In this document: in pieces, positions 18,542 to 29,230 of the stretch
Layout of the letters: each line of letters opens with the position of its first letter
Position numbering within the stretch: position 1 is the first letter of the stretch
From: Roseibacillus sp.
Lineage (GTDB): Bacteria > Verrucomicrobiota > Verrucomicrobiia > Verrucomicrobiales > Akkermansiaceae
Assembly: GCA_965242925.1 (NCBI GenBank)
Contig: CBDEUM010000034.1
Location: 224,001 to 288,000 of the forward strand
Length of the DNA stretch: 64,000 bases
Direction of reading: 5' to 3'
Notes under the pieces: generated by a model
Seen by the model: the letters and a program-made list of their open reading frames with translations, nothing else
Databases searched by the model: none
Told to the model about the DNA's origin: nothing
Position numbers and translations under genes: made by a program

Positions 18542-20044
18542 TCAAACCTTCACCCAACCGTGCGCAGCATTATCGCGCTCGCCACCGACATCGTGGTAAG
18601 CTGCCTTAAGTTTGCTGAGGGCATCCCCTGGAAAAGCCTTGCGCTCCTTTTCGAGATCCACGCCGTAGACTTTGGCCGCATTGAGTCCGAAAATCTTGGC
18701 CTTGTCTTCCTTGGTGAGCTTCTTGTACCCGAACTTCTCGCACAGTTCATCTGAGATCTGGAACCGCTTGAAGGCGTCGATGACCCATTGCGGCGATCCC
18801 CACCAGAGGCAATCGGTGCCCCAGATCACATGGTCAGCTCCGTATGTCTTGATGTTTCTCCCGATGAGGTGCTGCGCCATGACAGGATGCAGGACTGCCA
18901 GCGTCCCGAAAGACGTGCCGATTTCACAATAGACATTCTTCATCTGCGGATTGCGCTTCTTGATCTCCATCAGATCCTTGTGCCACTCGAAGTCACCGGT
19001 CTCAGGATCAAAGTTCTTGGGATCCTTGAAACCCCGGTCCCAGGTCCCGTGCTTCATGGCGGAATGATAGACTATGAAGCTGAGATCGGGATGGTCCTTC
19101 GCTGCCTTCTCCACGTCCCCGGGATGGGCGAAGTGTCCCAAGGTCCGCGACTGGGAAGCAAATCCCTTGTGACAGCTGAATACTTTCAGCCCGAGTTTCT
19201 TCGATTTTTCATAAAACGGGTAAGCCAGCTTCTCGTCATCCATACGGAACCCGTTCCCGGACCGACCAGGATCGGTGTGACAATACCACTTCCATGAATC
19301 GATCCCATAGGTCTTCACTTCCCGCTCCACCTGATCCCACAGCGCTGGCCAGTCCGGTTCGTTCTTCTTTCGATTCCAGTAGTGGTTCGGAGCGCAATTC
19401 CCCTGGCATAGGACACGCTTGCATCCGGCAAGTTCGTTGAGTTCCTTCTTGCTTTTGGACATGAGCCAACTGGGCAGTACACCACCCCGCCGATCACGGC
19501 CTTCCAGGATCTTGCCTGCCTTATCCTTGTCAATCTCCCGACCCGGGACACCCGAGATCACCGCCATGTCCGTATCACTGTCGAAGAAGATCTCCTTTAC
19601 GAAGTTCTGGAAACCATAGTCCTTGGGATCGTTGCCCAGTTTCACCCCGATGTTTTTCAGGAACTCCGCACCCCGGCTTCCAATTGAAAAGCCCGCTGTA
19701 AAGTGAGTTTGAACATCGAATACGAAGTATTCGTCCTTGGGCCACTTCTCTGCACCCGCAGCCTCGTCCTCCGTCTCCGCCGCATCCACTTCCCAATGAT
19801 GGCCAAATACCAGATTGGCCGCCATAAACCCGGTCGCCATCCCCATTGAACTACGCATGAAGTCCCGCCGTTCCATCCCCAGTTTCCGAGCCTTTTTCTC
19901 AGAAAGCTCCAGGATCTTGCCTTCCCAGGCCGCCTGCTGCTCGGTCTGGGCGATGGGCAGGAATTCCTCGTTTGAAACAACCTGTGTCGGGATGGGCGAA
20001 TCAACGCCCCGATCTTGATCTCGCTTCCACTTGGGGACCCACAT
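18542..20044 (-). CDS. Amidohydrolase-superfamily (TIM-barrel, metal-dependent) protein
   Basis: [40 protein letters not shown]. Confidence 0.85.
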   Translation of the reverse strand: MWVPKWKRDQDRGVDSPIPTQVVSNEEFLPIAQTEQQAAWEGKILELSEKKARKLGMERRDFMRSSMGMATGFMAANLVFGHHWEVDAAETEDEAAGAEKWPKDEYFVFDVQTHFTAGFSIGSRGAEFLKNIGVKLGNDPKDYGFQNFVKEIFFDSDTDMAVISGVPGREIDKDKAGKILEGRDRRGGVLPSWLMSKSKKELNELAGCKRVLCQGNCAPNHYWNRKKNEPDWPALWDQVEREVKTYGIDSWKWYCHTDPGRSGNGFRMDDEKLAYPFYEKSKKLGLKVFSCHKGFASQSRTLGHFAHPGDVEKAAKDHPDLSFIVYHSAMKHGTWDRGFKDPKNFDPETGDFEWHKDLMEIKKRNPQMKNVYCEIGTSFGTLAVLHPVMAQHLIGRNIKTYGADHVIWGTDCLWWGSPQWVIDAFKRFQISDELCEKFGYKKLTKEDKAKIFGLNAAKVYGVDLEKERKAFPGDALSKLKAAYHDVGGERDNAAHGWVKV

Positions 20045-20356
20045 GGCTTTGCTTGATTTGGGTTAGCGCCCTTCCTGATGATGGATAATTCCGTTCCGGG
20101 CTCCAGTAGGTAATCATGCATGTTCTTATCCCCATTACCACCTTATCCTTCACTTGCCGGGTCAATGCTGGCTAATCCTTGGAATCAGAACCTCACGCTG
20201 ACTTTGCACTGGATTGAATCAGGCAGGACACTCTTCGCCCTGATGGTTGTCGACGTGGTGGAAATCTTCCTTTTTCATCGTGCGCAGCCTGTTAATTATC
20301 GCGGGCATGGGAGCGTGATGTGCCTGCCAGGTCCCCCGTGATTGCATGGAGAAACT

Positions 20357-21823
20357 ATGAAAGAGAAGGTATACCTCGCAGTTGACCTGGGAGCAGGCAG
20401 TGGACGCGTCCTGGCCGCGCGAACGGACCTGCGGACCCTGGAACTGGAGGACATTCATCGCTTCAACAATCCCGGCACGGACCTTCCTGGCGGGCTGGTC
20501 TGGAACATTCTCAGTCTTTACCGCGAAATTCTCCACGGTCTCAGTCTGGCGGTGGAGAGATATGGAGAGGATATCACCGCCCTGGGGATCGACACCTGGG
20601 GCGTAGATTTCGCCCTCCTCGACGCGCAGGGCCGCCTGCTTGGATTGCCCCACCAGTACCGCGATTCCCGCACTGATGGCATGGAGGAGGTGTGCGAACA
20701 ACGCTATGGGAATGCCGCAATGTACAGAGAGACGGGCATCATGCCCTTCTTCCTCAATTCCTCCCACCAACTCCTCGGGGAAGCCGTGCGGGATGGCGTG
20801 GCTCTTCGCAACGCCTCTCACTTCCTGATGATCCCCGACCTCCTTGCCTTCTGGCTCACCGGGCGCATCGCGGTGGAGCGCACGAATGCCTCTACCACCC
20901 AGCTCTTTTCCCCCCTCACCAAGGACTGGGCCTGGGAGGTCATCGAGGGATTGGGTCTTCCCCGGCGTATCTTCGGTGAGGTGGTAGAACCCGGCACCAT
21001 CCTCGGCAACCTGCGCAAGGTTGTGGCGGAGGAGATCGGCGGAGATTTCCCCGTCATCGCGACCACCACTCACGACACCGGTGCAGCCGTCACCGGAATC
21101 CCCGGGGAGGGCGACTACGCTTTCCTCTCCTCGGGCACCTGGTCGATTCTGGGCACCGAGCTTCCAGAACCCATTCTCACCGAGGAGGCCTTCAGTATCG
21201 GCTGGGCCAACGAGCAGGGTGTTGAGAGCACCACCCGCTTCCTTCGCAACATCGCCGGGGCCTGGCTCTTCCAGGAATGCGTCGGCCAGTGGCGCTCCGA
21301 GGGAGACGAATCCACCTATGCTGAATTCGATGAGCAGACCGAAGCGGCTCCGTCCTTCGGTTCCTTCGTCGATCCCGATCACGATGATTTAAAATCCCCC
21401 GGGCGCATGCCCGAGCGGATCCAGCAACTGTGCAGGGAGACGGGGCAACCCGTTCCTGAAGGCAAGGGGGAGATCCTGCGACTGGTTGCTGAGAGCGTCG
21501 CCCTCAAGCATCGCGTCCGTTTCGACCAACTCCAGCACATCACCGGGAAGAAGCTGGCCCGGATCCACATGGGCGGCGGAGGCATCAAGAACGAACTCCT
21601 TTCCCAGGCCATCGCCACCTCCTGCGGCGTTCCCGTCTATGCCGGGCCCATCGAGGCAACAGCCTGCGGGAACATCATCACCCAGATGGTCGCCACCGGG
21701 AACCTTCCTGACATTGCAGCTGGTCGCCAGCTGATCAGGGATTCAATTCCGTTAAAGGTATTCTCCCCCCGGGATCCCGCCGACTGGAATAAAGCTCTCG
21801 CACGCTTTGAGAAGCTCCTCTGA
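20357..21823 (+). CDS. rhaB: Rhamnulokinase / L-fuculokinase (FGGY family)
   Basis: AVDLGAGSGR, GIDTWGVDF, YRDSRT, HDTGAAV, SSGTWSILG, NEQG, GPIEATACGN. Confidence 0.9.
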   Translation: MKEKVYLAVDLGAGSGRVLAARTDLRTLELEDIHRFNNPGTDLPGGLVWNILSLYREILHGLSLAVERYGEDITALGIDTWGVDFALLDAQGRLLGLPHQYRDSRTDGMEEVCEQRYGNAAMYRETGIMPFFLNSSHQLLGEAVRDGVALRNASHFLMIPDLLAFWLTGRIAVERTNASTTQLFSPLTKDWAWEVIEGLGLPRRIFGEVVEPGTILGNLRKVVAEEIGGDFPVIATTTHDTGAAVTGIPGEGDYAFLSSGTWSILGTELPEPILTEEAFSIGWANEQGVESTTRFLRNIAGAWLFQECVGQWRSEGDESTYAEFDEQTEAAPSFGSFVDPDHDDLKSPGRMPERIQQLCRETGQPVPEGKGEILRLVAESVALKHRVRFDQLQHITGKKLARIHMGGGGIKNELLSQAIATSCGVPVYAGPIEATACGNIITQMVATGNLPDIAAGRQLIRDSIPLKVFSPRDPADWNKALARFEKLL

Positions 21824-21843
21824 TTTTCGTACGCACCAACTCC

Positions 21844-22989
21844 ATGGCCATTAATTCCAACTTTCCTTCCATTGAACACCTCCGGGAGAAGGCTCGTCGC
21901 CGCATGCCCGGATTTGCCTTCGACTATCTTGAGGGGGGATGCAACTCGAACATCAACCTGCGTCGTAATACGGATGAGATCCGGGATATTCAGCTCCGTC
22001 CCTACTACATACGGCCTTATCCCGGCTGCGAACTCAAGACCGAGATTTTCGGCCACACTTACGATGCTCCGTTCGGGGTGGCGCCCATCGGTCTGCAGGG
22101 CCTGATGTGGCCCAAGTCTGCCGAGATCCTCGCGGCGGCCGCCAAAGCACACAATATTCCGTTCGTCCTCAGCACCGTCGGCACCGCAAGCATCGAAACC
22201 GTGGCGGAACTGACGGATGGACAGGCCTGGTTCCAGCTCTACCATCCCGCTGACGACGACCTGCGGGACAAGATCGTGGATCGGGCCGCGGAGGCAGGCT
22301 GCCCGGTCCTTGTCATCCTGGCTGACACTCCGACTTTCGGCTACCGACCCAAGGAGATCCGCAACGGGCTCTCCATCCCTCCCCGGATGACCCTGCGCAA
22401 CATCATTCAAATGATGTTCAATCCCACCTGGTCCTTCTCACAACTGGCAGCCGGCGCTCCTGAATTCAAGACCCTGACGCCCTACGTCCCGCAGGGACTC
22501 AGCATGAAGCACCTTGGTCTCTTCATGAACAAGACTTTCTCGGGGCGGCTCAACGAAGACCGCATCAAGGCCATCCGCGACCGCTGGCCGGGGAAACTGG
22601 TGGTCAAGGGAATCGTCAACGAAGAGGACTGCGAGAAGGTCGTCCGCCTGGGTGCCGACGGCATCATTGCTTCCAACCACGGGGGACGCCAACTCGACGC
22701 CGGCCAATCCACAATCAAACCTCTTCGCTCCCTGGTAAGCTCATTTGGTGACAAGATCACCATCATGATCGACAGCGGAATACGTGGCGGACCGGACATC
22801 GCATGTGCCCTTGCCAGTGGAGCCCAGTTCACCTTCCTTGGTCGTTCCTTCATGTATGGCGTGGGCGCCCTCGGCAGAAACGGAGGCGATCACACCATCT
22901 CCATGCTGAAACGCCAACTCCAGCAGGTCATGGAGCAACTGGCCTGCGAGAAAGTGGCTGACTTCCCTGCCCACCTTGTCGAAGAATGA
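21844..22989 (+). CDS. FMN-dependent alpha-hydroxy acid dehydrogenase (LldD-like L-lactate dehydrogenase)
   Basis: FDYLEGG, APIGLQGL, WFQLY, LVVKG, SNHGGRQLD, DSGIRGG; 20 bp after the kinase gene. Confidence 0.9.
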   Translation: MAINSNFPSIEHLREKARRRMPGFAFDYLEGGCNSNINLRRNTDEIRDIQLRPYYIRPYPGCELKTEIFGHTYDAPFGVAPIGLQGLMWPKSAEILAAAAKAHNIPFVLSTVGTASIETVAELTDGQAWFQLYHPADDDLRDKIVDRAAEAGCPVLVILADTPTFGYRPKEIRNGLSIPPRMTLRNIIQMMFNPTWSFSQLAAGAPEFKTLTPYVPQGLSMKHLGLFMNKTFSGRLNEDRIKAIRDRWPGKLVVKGIVNEEDCEKVVRLGADGIIASNHGGRQLDAGQSTIKPLRSLVSSFGDKITIMIDSGIRGGPDIACALASGAQFTFLGRSFMYGVGALGRNGGDHTISMLKRQLQQVMEQLACEKVADFPAHLVEE

Positions 22990-23051
22990 GCAGCCTCCGG
23001 GAGGCTCAGAAGGTCAGGACTTGAGCCGGCCTGGGTGACGGGTCTTCCCTG

Positions 23052-23834
23052 CTAGAACCGCCACTCAAGGAGACCGGTAATCGATTCCCGGTTCCCGAAG
23101 CCGGCCTCCAGCGTCACGAAAAGTGAATCCGTAAGGGAATACCGCAACCCGAGTTGTGCGTTCCACGCTTCCTCGGCCTTCAATTCCAGATCGTAATTCA
23201 GGACAAGTCCATCCAGGTCAAAAACCCCTGACTGCTGCTCTGCCACATTCTGGTAGGTTGCCCCCAGCCATGCTTCAAGTTTGCCCCTGCGTGCTCCCAC
23301 CCTGGGCATGAGCAACCAGCTCCGAATCGATTCAATATCACCTTGTACGTCGGTGTAGGCATAAACTCCTGTAAGGGATATAAACCACCAATCCTGTCCG
23401 TAGGCCAAGGTGGATCCTCCTGCGAAGACCGTCCCGTCGTAATCCACTGCAATCCGCTCATAGCCCAATAACGCCTGTGCACCCAAACTCAGATTGACCG
23501 CGGTCTGCCCGTCCACCTTGCCCACCATCGCGTGCACATTCCAGAAGGGCAGGACCCAGGCATCGGCCTTAACCCCCCACTGGGACACTTCATTCTCGAT
23601 ACCGGTCAGAAGAGCCCCGGGGTCGATCTCGAGGGGAATATCCACGCTGAAATTGTCCAACTCGTAGCCCTGCTCCTGGGAGTATCCGATCCCCGTGATT
23701 CCGAAGCGCTGTGGCCAACTGGGATCCCAGTTAATGAACATATCGGCGAGGTTCTGACCCCGCGCGGGACTGGCGCAAGTCAGCAAACTCGCCATCAGTG
23801 AGATACGGATAAGAGGCGGATTAAATGGATTCAT
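23052..23834 (-). CDS. Probable outer-membrane beta-barrel protein
   Basis: Signal peptide, alternating amphipathic strands rich in Y/W/G, C-terminal ...LLEWRF. Confidence 0.7.
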   Translation of the reverse strand: MNPFNPPLIRISLMASLLTCASPARGQNLADMFINWDPSWPQRFGITGIGYSQEQGYELDNFSVDIPLEIDPGALLTGIENEVSQWGVKADAWVLPFWNVHAMVGKVDGQTAVNLSLGAQALLGYERIAVDYDGTVFAGGSTLAYGQDWWFISLTGVYAYTDVQGDIESIRSWLLMPRVGARRGKLEAWLGATYQNVAEQQSGVFDLDGLVLNYDLELKAEEAWNAQLGLRYSLTDSLFVTLEAGFGNRESITGLLEWRF

Positions 23835-24023
23835 GGGGGAGGATTGAGCAAATCAGGTTCGCACTGGCAACTCCGTTTTTCCCACCAAGCGCCTCCGATC
23901 CTGAAATGTTGCATCCTTCCTCCTGCCTGCCACCGTCTGATCCCCAAACCTGCGCCTCCCCGGCCACCTCCAATACGGTGTTCGGGGAACCCGCTTACCT
24001 GCTCACAATCTGAATTTCATCCC

Positions 24024-24647
24024 GTGGCAGCTCTGCAACTTCCTGATAAACTGGGCGCCATCCTGCTCCCCGACTGCACCCTTTTTCCCCATGGCGCCTT
24101 GCCCCTCCACATTTTTGAACCGCGCTATTGCCAGATGCTCCGTGATGCGGTCGAAAGCGATTGTCTCTTCTGCGTGGGCAGATTAACCGGCGCCGAGGTC
24201 CCGGATATCGCATCCTGCACTTCCGAGATCGGAACAGCGTGCCTTATCCGAACCTCCCGGGAGCAATCCGACGGTCGTTCCAACCTCCTCCTGCACGGTC
24301 TGTGCCGCGTCCGCTTCACGGAGTGGTTCCCTGGGAAATCATATCCCTTCGCCCGCATCACCACGATCCCCTCCCTGGCTCTGGAAGAGGGGCCGTCCTC
24401 CGACGAAGCCCGGCGTCTCCGGGAAGTGGTGGAGGCCATCCTGCTTGGATTTCCCGATGATCTCGTCACGAAGGTGCAACAACTCCTCGACCGCACCTCG
24501 GATCCCGGAATGATGAGCGATGCGATTTCCCAGCAATTCGTGCAGAACACCACTCTCCGTCAATCCCTGCTGGAAGAACTCAGCATCCCCAAGCGGATCG
24601 ACCTCCTCATCGAGCACCTCCGCACTCTTCGCAGCGGAGACAATTAA
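24024..24647 (+). CDS. Stand-alone Lon protease N-terminal (substrate-binding) domain protein
   Basis: LFPHGALPLHIFEPRY, DGRSNLLL.G..R; start estimated at GTG 24024. Confidence 0.85.
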   Translation: MAALQLPDKLGAILLPDCTLFPHGALPLHIFEPRYCQMLRDAVESDCLFCVGRLTGAEVPDIASCTSEIGTACLIRTSREQSDGRSNLLLHGLCRVRFTEWFPGKSYPFARITTIPSLALEEGPSSDEARRLREVVEAILLGFPDDLVTKVQQLLDRTSDPGMMSDAISQQFVQNTTLRQSLLEELSIPKRIDLLIEHLRTLRSGDN

Positions 24648-24718
24648 ACTTCTCCTAAGGCCGGTCGCCGTCCCGGGCCTCTATCCCCAGTCCTGCGTCA
24701 GATCTCCGGCCTAGACCC

Positions 24719-25039
24719 TCACCCTCCGGTCTGCATCTTGCCGGACAGCAAGGCCCCTTCCTCCATCTTGAGGCTCTTGGTCGTGATATCGCCCTCCAAC
24801 CTCGAGTTTGCCTTCAGTTCGCAGCGGTCCGTGTGAATACCCCCTTCCACGTAGCCGAACATCTTGACTTCGCCAGCCCTGACATCGCCCTTGATTCGGG
24901 CGTTTTCGCCGATCGTGACCGTCCCCTCGTCGGACTGGATTTCTCCTTCCACTTTCCCATCGATAATCATGTCGTTCTTGAACTTGATCGTTCCGATGAT
25001 CTCGATTCCCTCGGCCAGGACATTCTTTGTGGTAGACAT
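24719..25039 (-). CDS. Bactofilin (polymer-forming cytoskeletal protein)
   Basis: IDGKVEGEI, TIGENARIKGDV, GDITTKSL.MEEGA..SG beta-helix repeats. Confidence 0.9.
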   Translation of the reverse strand: MSTTKNVLAEGIEIIGTIKFKNDMIIDGKVEGEIQSDEGTVTIGENARIKGDVRAGEVKMFGYVEGGIHTDRCELKANSRLEGDITTKSLKMEEGALLSGKMQTGG

Positions 25040-25315
25040 CGGCACCAATTCGCCAAGTTCCACCATTAAATGCAATCAAGGAGTTACGAAATTTCAGTTA
25101 TTCAAAGAATAAGAGCAAGTTACTCACATTTCGGAATATTTTGAAAATCGGGGCCGCTCGCACCGGTTGAGGGGACAAGAAGAGGCAGCCATTGCCGGAG
25201 AGAGATCCCAAGCCCCGCCGAAACAAAGCAACCATAGTCATAAAGGGCTCAACGATCTCTCACCCGGCAGGCTGCCTTCTGCCTGTTCCGGGCCCGGCCG
25301 GTGATCGCGGATGAA

Positions 25316-26794
25316 TCACTCTCCCACCGGCAGCAGTGAAATCTCCCTGAACTCAAACTTGAAACGTTCCTCCCGGAGCACAATCCGTCCCGGGCCCTCA
25401 CGGCCTGACGCCTCGTTTACGAGGACCCCGTTGAGATAGACCTTCACTCGTCCGCCCCTCACCTCCAGACGCATTTCGTGCCACTGGTTGAGCGGTTCCT
25501 CCACCTGTATTTTCCGCCGGTGGGAAAAGGCAAGGTCCCGCCCCTCCACCTTGGCCTTGAAGTTTCCTATCCGGTAAAGATCCCCCGAACTCCCTGGCAG
25601 GAGTTGCACTTCCAGGTAGTCCCCTCCGTCAAAACGGCCCCCTCCCGCCGGTTGCCCCCTCGCGCCGGCCATCATGACTCCCACTCCACTATCCGCACCG
25701 GGCTCCGCTGCCCGATAGGAAATAACCAGGACATAATCCTCAAACTCAACATTGGTTCGCAGGTCACCTGGTCCCTTTCCGGGGCAGACCAGGACCCCCT
25801 CCTCAACCGACCAAGTCTTCTCTCCCGGTGCCACCACCTTACCGCGCCGATAGTGCGTCCATCCCGTCAAATCCTTTCCATTAAAGAGTTGGATGGATTT
25901 AAACTGTTTTACCTTCCCCAATAGAGCGACCTCCCCCTTGAGGAACTCAGTCCACCGGATCGCCGCTTCCCGGCGCTTATCCTCTGCATCAAGGGCATTG
26001 TAACCAAACTCTCGCCCAGTCAGGGAAAGCAGACCCTTCCAGGCCTTCATCCGCTCAGACGTATTAGCGGAGGACAGAAACTCACCCAGGGCGCGAGACC
26101 CTTCCAGCGAGCCCAGATTCGCCAGAGCAATCGCTGCCTTGAGCCTTACGGCCGAATCCCCGTCCTTCAGCAATGGTCGCAGCATCCGGGCCCCGCGAGG
26201 TCCGAGAATTTCGCCTCCGGCAGCCGCCATCCGCCTCCCGATGGAACTCTCCCCCCCCGCCATTCGTTCCAGCAAAGCCAAATCCTCCTCCTCCACCGTT
26301 CCTGCTGTCGCCCGCGCCGCCAGGGCGACATCTCCAACTGCCACCCCGCTATCCATCACTTCCACCATCTTGCCGAGAAGTCCCTTCCGGTTCTCTCGGA
26401 GAATAGCCCGCAACGCGTCCTCGAACACCATCTGGCTTTTCCTTGCTCCCCCCCGCCTGACCACCTCCCTGGTCCTGCTTCGAATCTCGGGTTCTTCGCT
26501 CTTCAACCCGCGGTCAAGCACCCCTGCAGGGATGAGCGGGGCGACCAGGAGCTGCTCCATCGCATCCTTCCGCTCTGTAAATTGTTCGGAACCGAGTTGC
26601 TCGATCAATCGCCCGAATTCCGCCACTCTTTCCCTGTCCGGCAACAACGCCTCCAGTAATTCCTCTGCCCCCCGGGCCCCCACCTCCTGGCCAGATCCGG
26701 ACAGAGCCAGGAAGGAATAAAGAACCGTAGCCAGAGCAGGCACCAGTACAGGCGGGGCGATCTGCATGACTCTATTCAAGGGCATCGGCGTCAA
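25316..26794 (-). CDS. Secreted HEAT-repeat + DUF1080 (3-keto-disaccharide hydrolase-like) protein
   Basis: LLKDGDSAVRLKAAIALA repeats; LFNGKDLTGW, DSGV, EVQL, GRI.L..E, EFREI. Confidence 0.8.
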   Translation of the reverse strand: MTPMPLNRVMQIAPPVLVPALATVLYSFLALSGSGQEVGARGAEELLEALLPDRERVAEFGRLIEQLGSEQFTERKDAMEQLLVAPLIPAGVLDRGLKSEEPEIRSRTREVVRRGGARKSQMVFEDALRAILRENRKGLLGKMVEVMDSGVAVGDVALAARATAGTVEEEDLALLERMAGGESSIGRRMAAAGGEILGPRGARMLRPLLKDGDSAVRLKAAIALANLGSLEGSRALGEFLSSANTSERMKAWKGLLSLTGREFGYNALDAEDKRREAAIRWTEFLKGEVALLGKVKQFKSIQLFNGKDLTGWTHYRRGKVVAPGEKTWSVEEGVLVCPGKGPGDLRTNVEFEDYVLVISYRAAEPGADSGVGVMMAGARGQPAGGGRFDGGDYLEVQLLPGSSGDLYRIGNFKAKVEGRDLAFSHRRKIQVEEPLNQWHEMRLEVRGGRVKVYLNGVLVNEASGREGPGRIVLREERFKFEFREISLLPVGE

Positions 26795-27276
26795 AAATCC
26801 ATTGAGAAATGAAACTCTGAGAAGCTCAGCGTCCCTTCCTCGACGTGCCGGATGCCAGCCCGCACAAAACCATAACGCGCAAAGAAACGATGGGCTCTCG
26901 TAAACCGGGTGTCGGACCAGAACTCCACCCGACGGTAACCGTGCTTCCGGCTCCAGCCCACCGCCCAGTCCATAAGGGCGTTGCCAGCTCCCGTTCCACG
27001 ATTTCTGGGCGGGAGGTAGAGCCGGCGAAAGGTCACAATCCCTTCATCGCGATTGATCGGCTGGGTTGCGTGAGCACCCGAGACCCGTCCATCCTCCTCC
27101 AGCACCACGAACTCTCCACCGACCTCCCGGTAAGCGGCTTCAACGTCGAGCAGGTCCCGGTCATAGCCCTCCAGATCGACTTCATCACCGTACTCCCGGT
27201 AGACCTCGTCAACCAAACGGACGAGTTGCAATTCATCCTCACGCGTAGCTGGGCGAATGATCCGGTTTTCCTGCAC
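26791..27276 (-). CDS. GNAT-family N-acetyltransferase
   Basis: RLYL...RGTGAG.ALM, AHRFFARYGF. Confidence 0.88.
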   Translation of the reverse strand: MQENRIIRPATREDELQLVRLVDEVYREYGDEVDLEGYDRDLLDVEAAYREVGGEFVVLEEDGRVSGAHATQPINRDEGIVTFRRLYLPPRNRGTGAGNALMDWAVGWSRKHGYRRVEFWSDTRFTRAHRFFARYGFVRAGIRHVEEGTLSFSEFHFSMDF

Positions 27277-27371
27277 GGGCCCATGGCATCGGAAATGGCA
27301 TCCAGGTCAAGAATCCGATAACCGACCCATGTCTTGCTCTTCAGTCCACTATTGTTAGCATATCCATCCCG

Positions 27372-28610
27372 ATGCTGGATTTCACTGATCTTCCCTACCA
27401 GTTCGTCCCCCCCAAGCCCAGTCCGGTCCTGATTTCTCTTACCCAGCTGATCGTTGGGAAACTTGCCCTCCCGGGAAGGCGGCACCTTGTTAAGGATCTG
27501 GAGCTTCGCGGCCGCACCCGCTTCCGTGAGGCCTGCAGCAAGGGAACCCGCTTCGTCCTTCTGCCGAACCATTCCACCCACAGCGACCCCCAGGTAATGT
27601 TGGAAGTGAGTCGCCGCCTGGGCATCAGGCCCTCCTTCATGGCAGCCTACGATGTCTTCACGCGGAGCAGAATCCAGGGCTGGTACATGCAACGAACCGG
27701 CGCCTTCAGCGTTGACCGCGAGGGCAGTGACCGCAAATCGATGAAGTGCGCGACTGATATCGTGGTGGCCGGGAAATATCCCCTCATCCTTTTCCCCGAG
27801 GGCAATGTCTACCTCAGCAATGACCAGGTCGCGCCTTTCGCCGAGGGGGCTTCCTACATTGCCCTGCGGGCCCAGAAAGCTCTCGGAACCGCCCAACCGG
27901 TTTACGCCATCCCGGTCTCCCTGAAGTTCACCTATCTCGAGGACGTGCGCGAAATCCTGAAGCAGATTATCGACGACCTCGCCCGACAGTTCAACACCGA
28001 GCTCGACCGCAACGCTGACTTCGGCTCCGAGGTGATGCGGATCAGCACCACGGCCCTGAATCGGTTCCTCGGGCAGCGTGGCTACAGCTCTCCCGACCAG
28101 GCCGCCTCGGTCGATGATCAGATCCACCACGCGGCCGGACAGATCCTCACGGCCCTCGAAGGGAAAATGGAACTCAAGGTCCCCCCCGACGTGGATCAGA
28201 CTGGTCGCATTCGCCGGATCAGGGCCGCTGTTCATGCCGTGCGCACCGACCCCGATCGGGAGGTGGATCAGCCCGCCGCCAGCCACTGGGCCGACGAGGC
28301 GATGCTGGCTCTGCGGATCCTGGGCTACCGGGGCGGATACATGGCGGTCAACCCGACCCTCGACCGGGTCGCTGAAACGGTGGCCCGCCTGCAGGAAGAC
28401 GTTCATTCCCGGATCTCCCGGCCAGTGGGCAGACGACGCTGCATCGTGCAACTCGGTGCCCCCATCGACCTCCGTGAGCGACTCGATCCCTTCCAGGCCC
28501 AGGCCCGGGAAACCATCGCCGAACTCACCCGCGACTGTGAGACTGCCGTTCAGGACGGAATCAACTCGATTAATGCCTCCAATGAGGCCCCAGGAGCGGC
28601 ACTTTTCTAA
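27372..28610 (+). CDS. Glycerolipid acyltransferase (PlsC-like)
   Basis: NHSTHSD, GAFSVDR, FPEG motifs. Confidence 0.85.
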   Translation: MLDFTDLPYQFVPPKPSPVLISLTQLIVGKLALPGRRHLVKDLELRGRTRFREACSKGTRFVLLPNHSTHSDPQVMLEVSRRLGIRPSFMAAYDVFTRSRIQGWYMQRTGAFSVDREGSDRKSMKCATDIVVAGKYPLILFPEGNVYLSNDQVAPFAEGASYIALRAQKALGTAQPVYAIPVSLKFTYLEDVREILKQIIDDLARQFNTELDRNADFGSEVMRISTTALNRFLGQRGYSSPDQAASVDDQIHHAAGQILTALEGKMELKVPPDVDQTGRIRRIRAAVHAVRTDPDREVDQPAASHWADEAMLALRILGYRGGYMAVNPTLDRVAETVARLQEDVHSRISRPVGRRRCIVQLGAPIDLRERLDPFQAQARETIAELTRDCETAVQDGINSINASNEAPGAALF

Positions 28611-28689
28611 CGAAAGCGCGGCTCCGCTCCTCCGGGCTTGAATTAACGCCCTCAGGGGCTAACTTGGACCAACTCCGTCACAAACAAAC

Positions 28690-29042
28690 GGGGGCGCCAC
28701 GGTTTCGACTGAAGGTTGGAAACGCAGGCTGCATGTGGAGGTTGATCGGTTGGCCTCCTAAAAAGCCGATCAAAAAAAATAACTGCAGACTCCAACGAGC
28801 TTGCACTCGCTGCTTAATTGACAGCGACGTGGACTGTCGAACGCCTGCTACGGCAGTCCGCGACCACCAGCAGGCTGGTGAGAGGGCCGGGGAACCGGGT
28901 CAGCTTACGAGATTAAACAGGTTTCTAGGGAACCGGAACTGGCGGACAGAGGTCCGGATCCCGAAACACCAACTGGCCGCTAAACATGTAGACGCCTGTG
29001 CGAAAGGTCTTCAGGACAGGGGTTCGACTCCCCTCGCCTCCA
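28690..29042 (+). ncRNA. ssrA: tmRNA; tag peptide (A)ADSNELALAA* at 28785-28817
   Basis: 5' GGGGGCG pairs with 3' CGCCTCC(A), giving a G3-U alanyl identity pair; T-arm GGGGTTCGACTCCCC; resume codon after ATAACT; tag ends LAA-stop; CCA not encoded. Confidence 0.96.
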
Positions 29043-29230
29043 GTTTTTGACAGTCATTGAGTTGCGATCCTCTAACAGTTCTCAACCCGCCTGAGACACG
29101 CCGATTTCTGAAAAAGGCGCCGAAGAAAGCTCGGTGACCTTGACGAGATTCTTCATCTGCATCGTCGGCGCAGGGAGCGGTCTTTTCGTCCCGCTCAAAG
29201 GCTCTGATTTACTTACGATCCCGCTCCGCA

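Noticed and set aside
28664..29050. 128-aa ORF on the + strand
   Set aside because: It overlaps the tmRNA completely; only the internal tag frame is meaningful.
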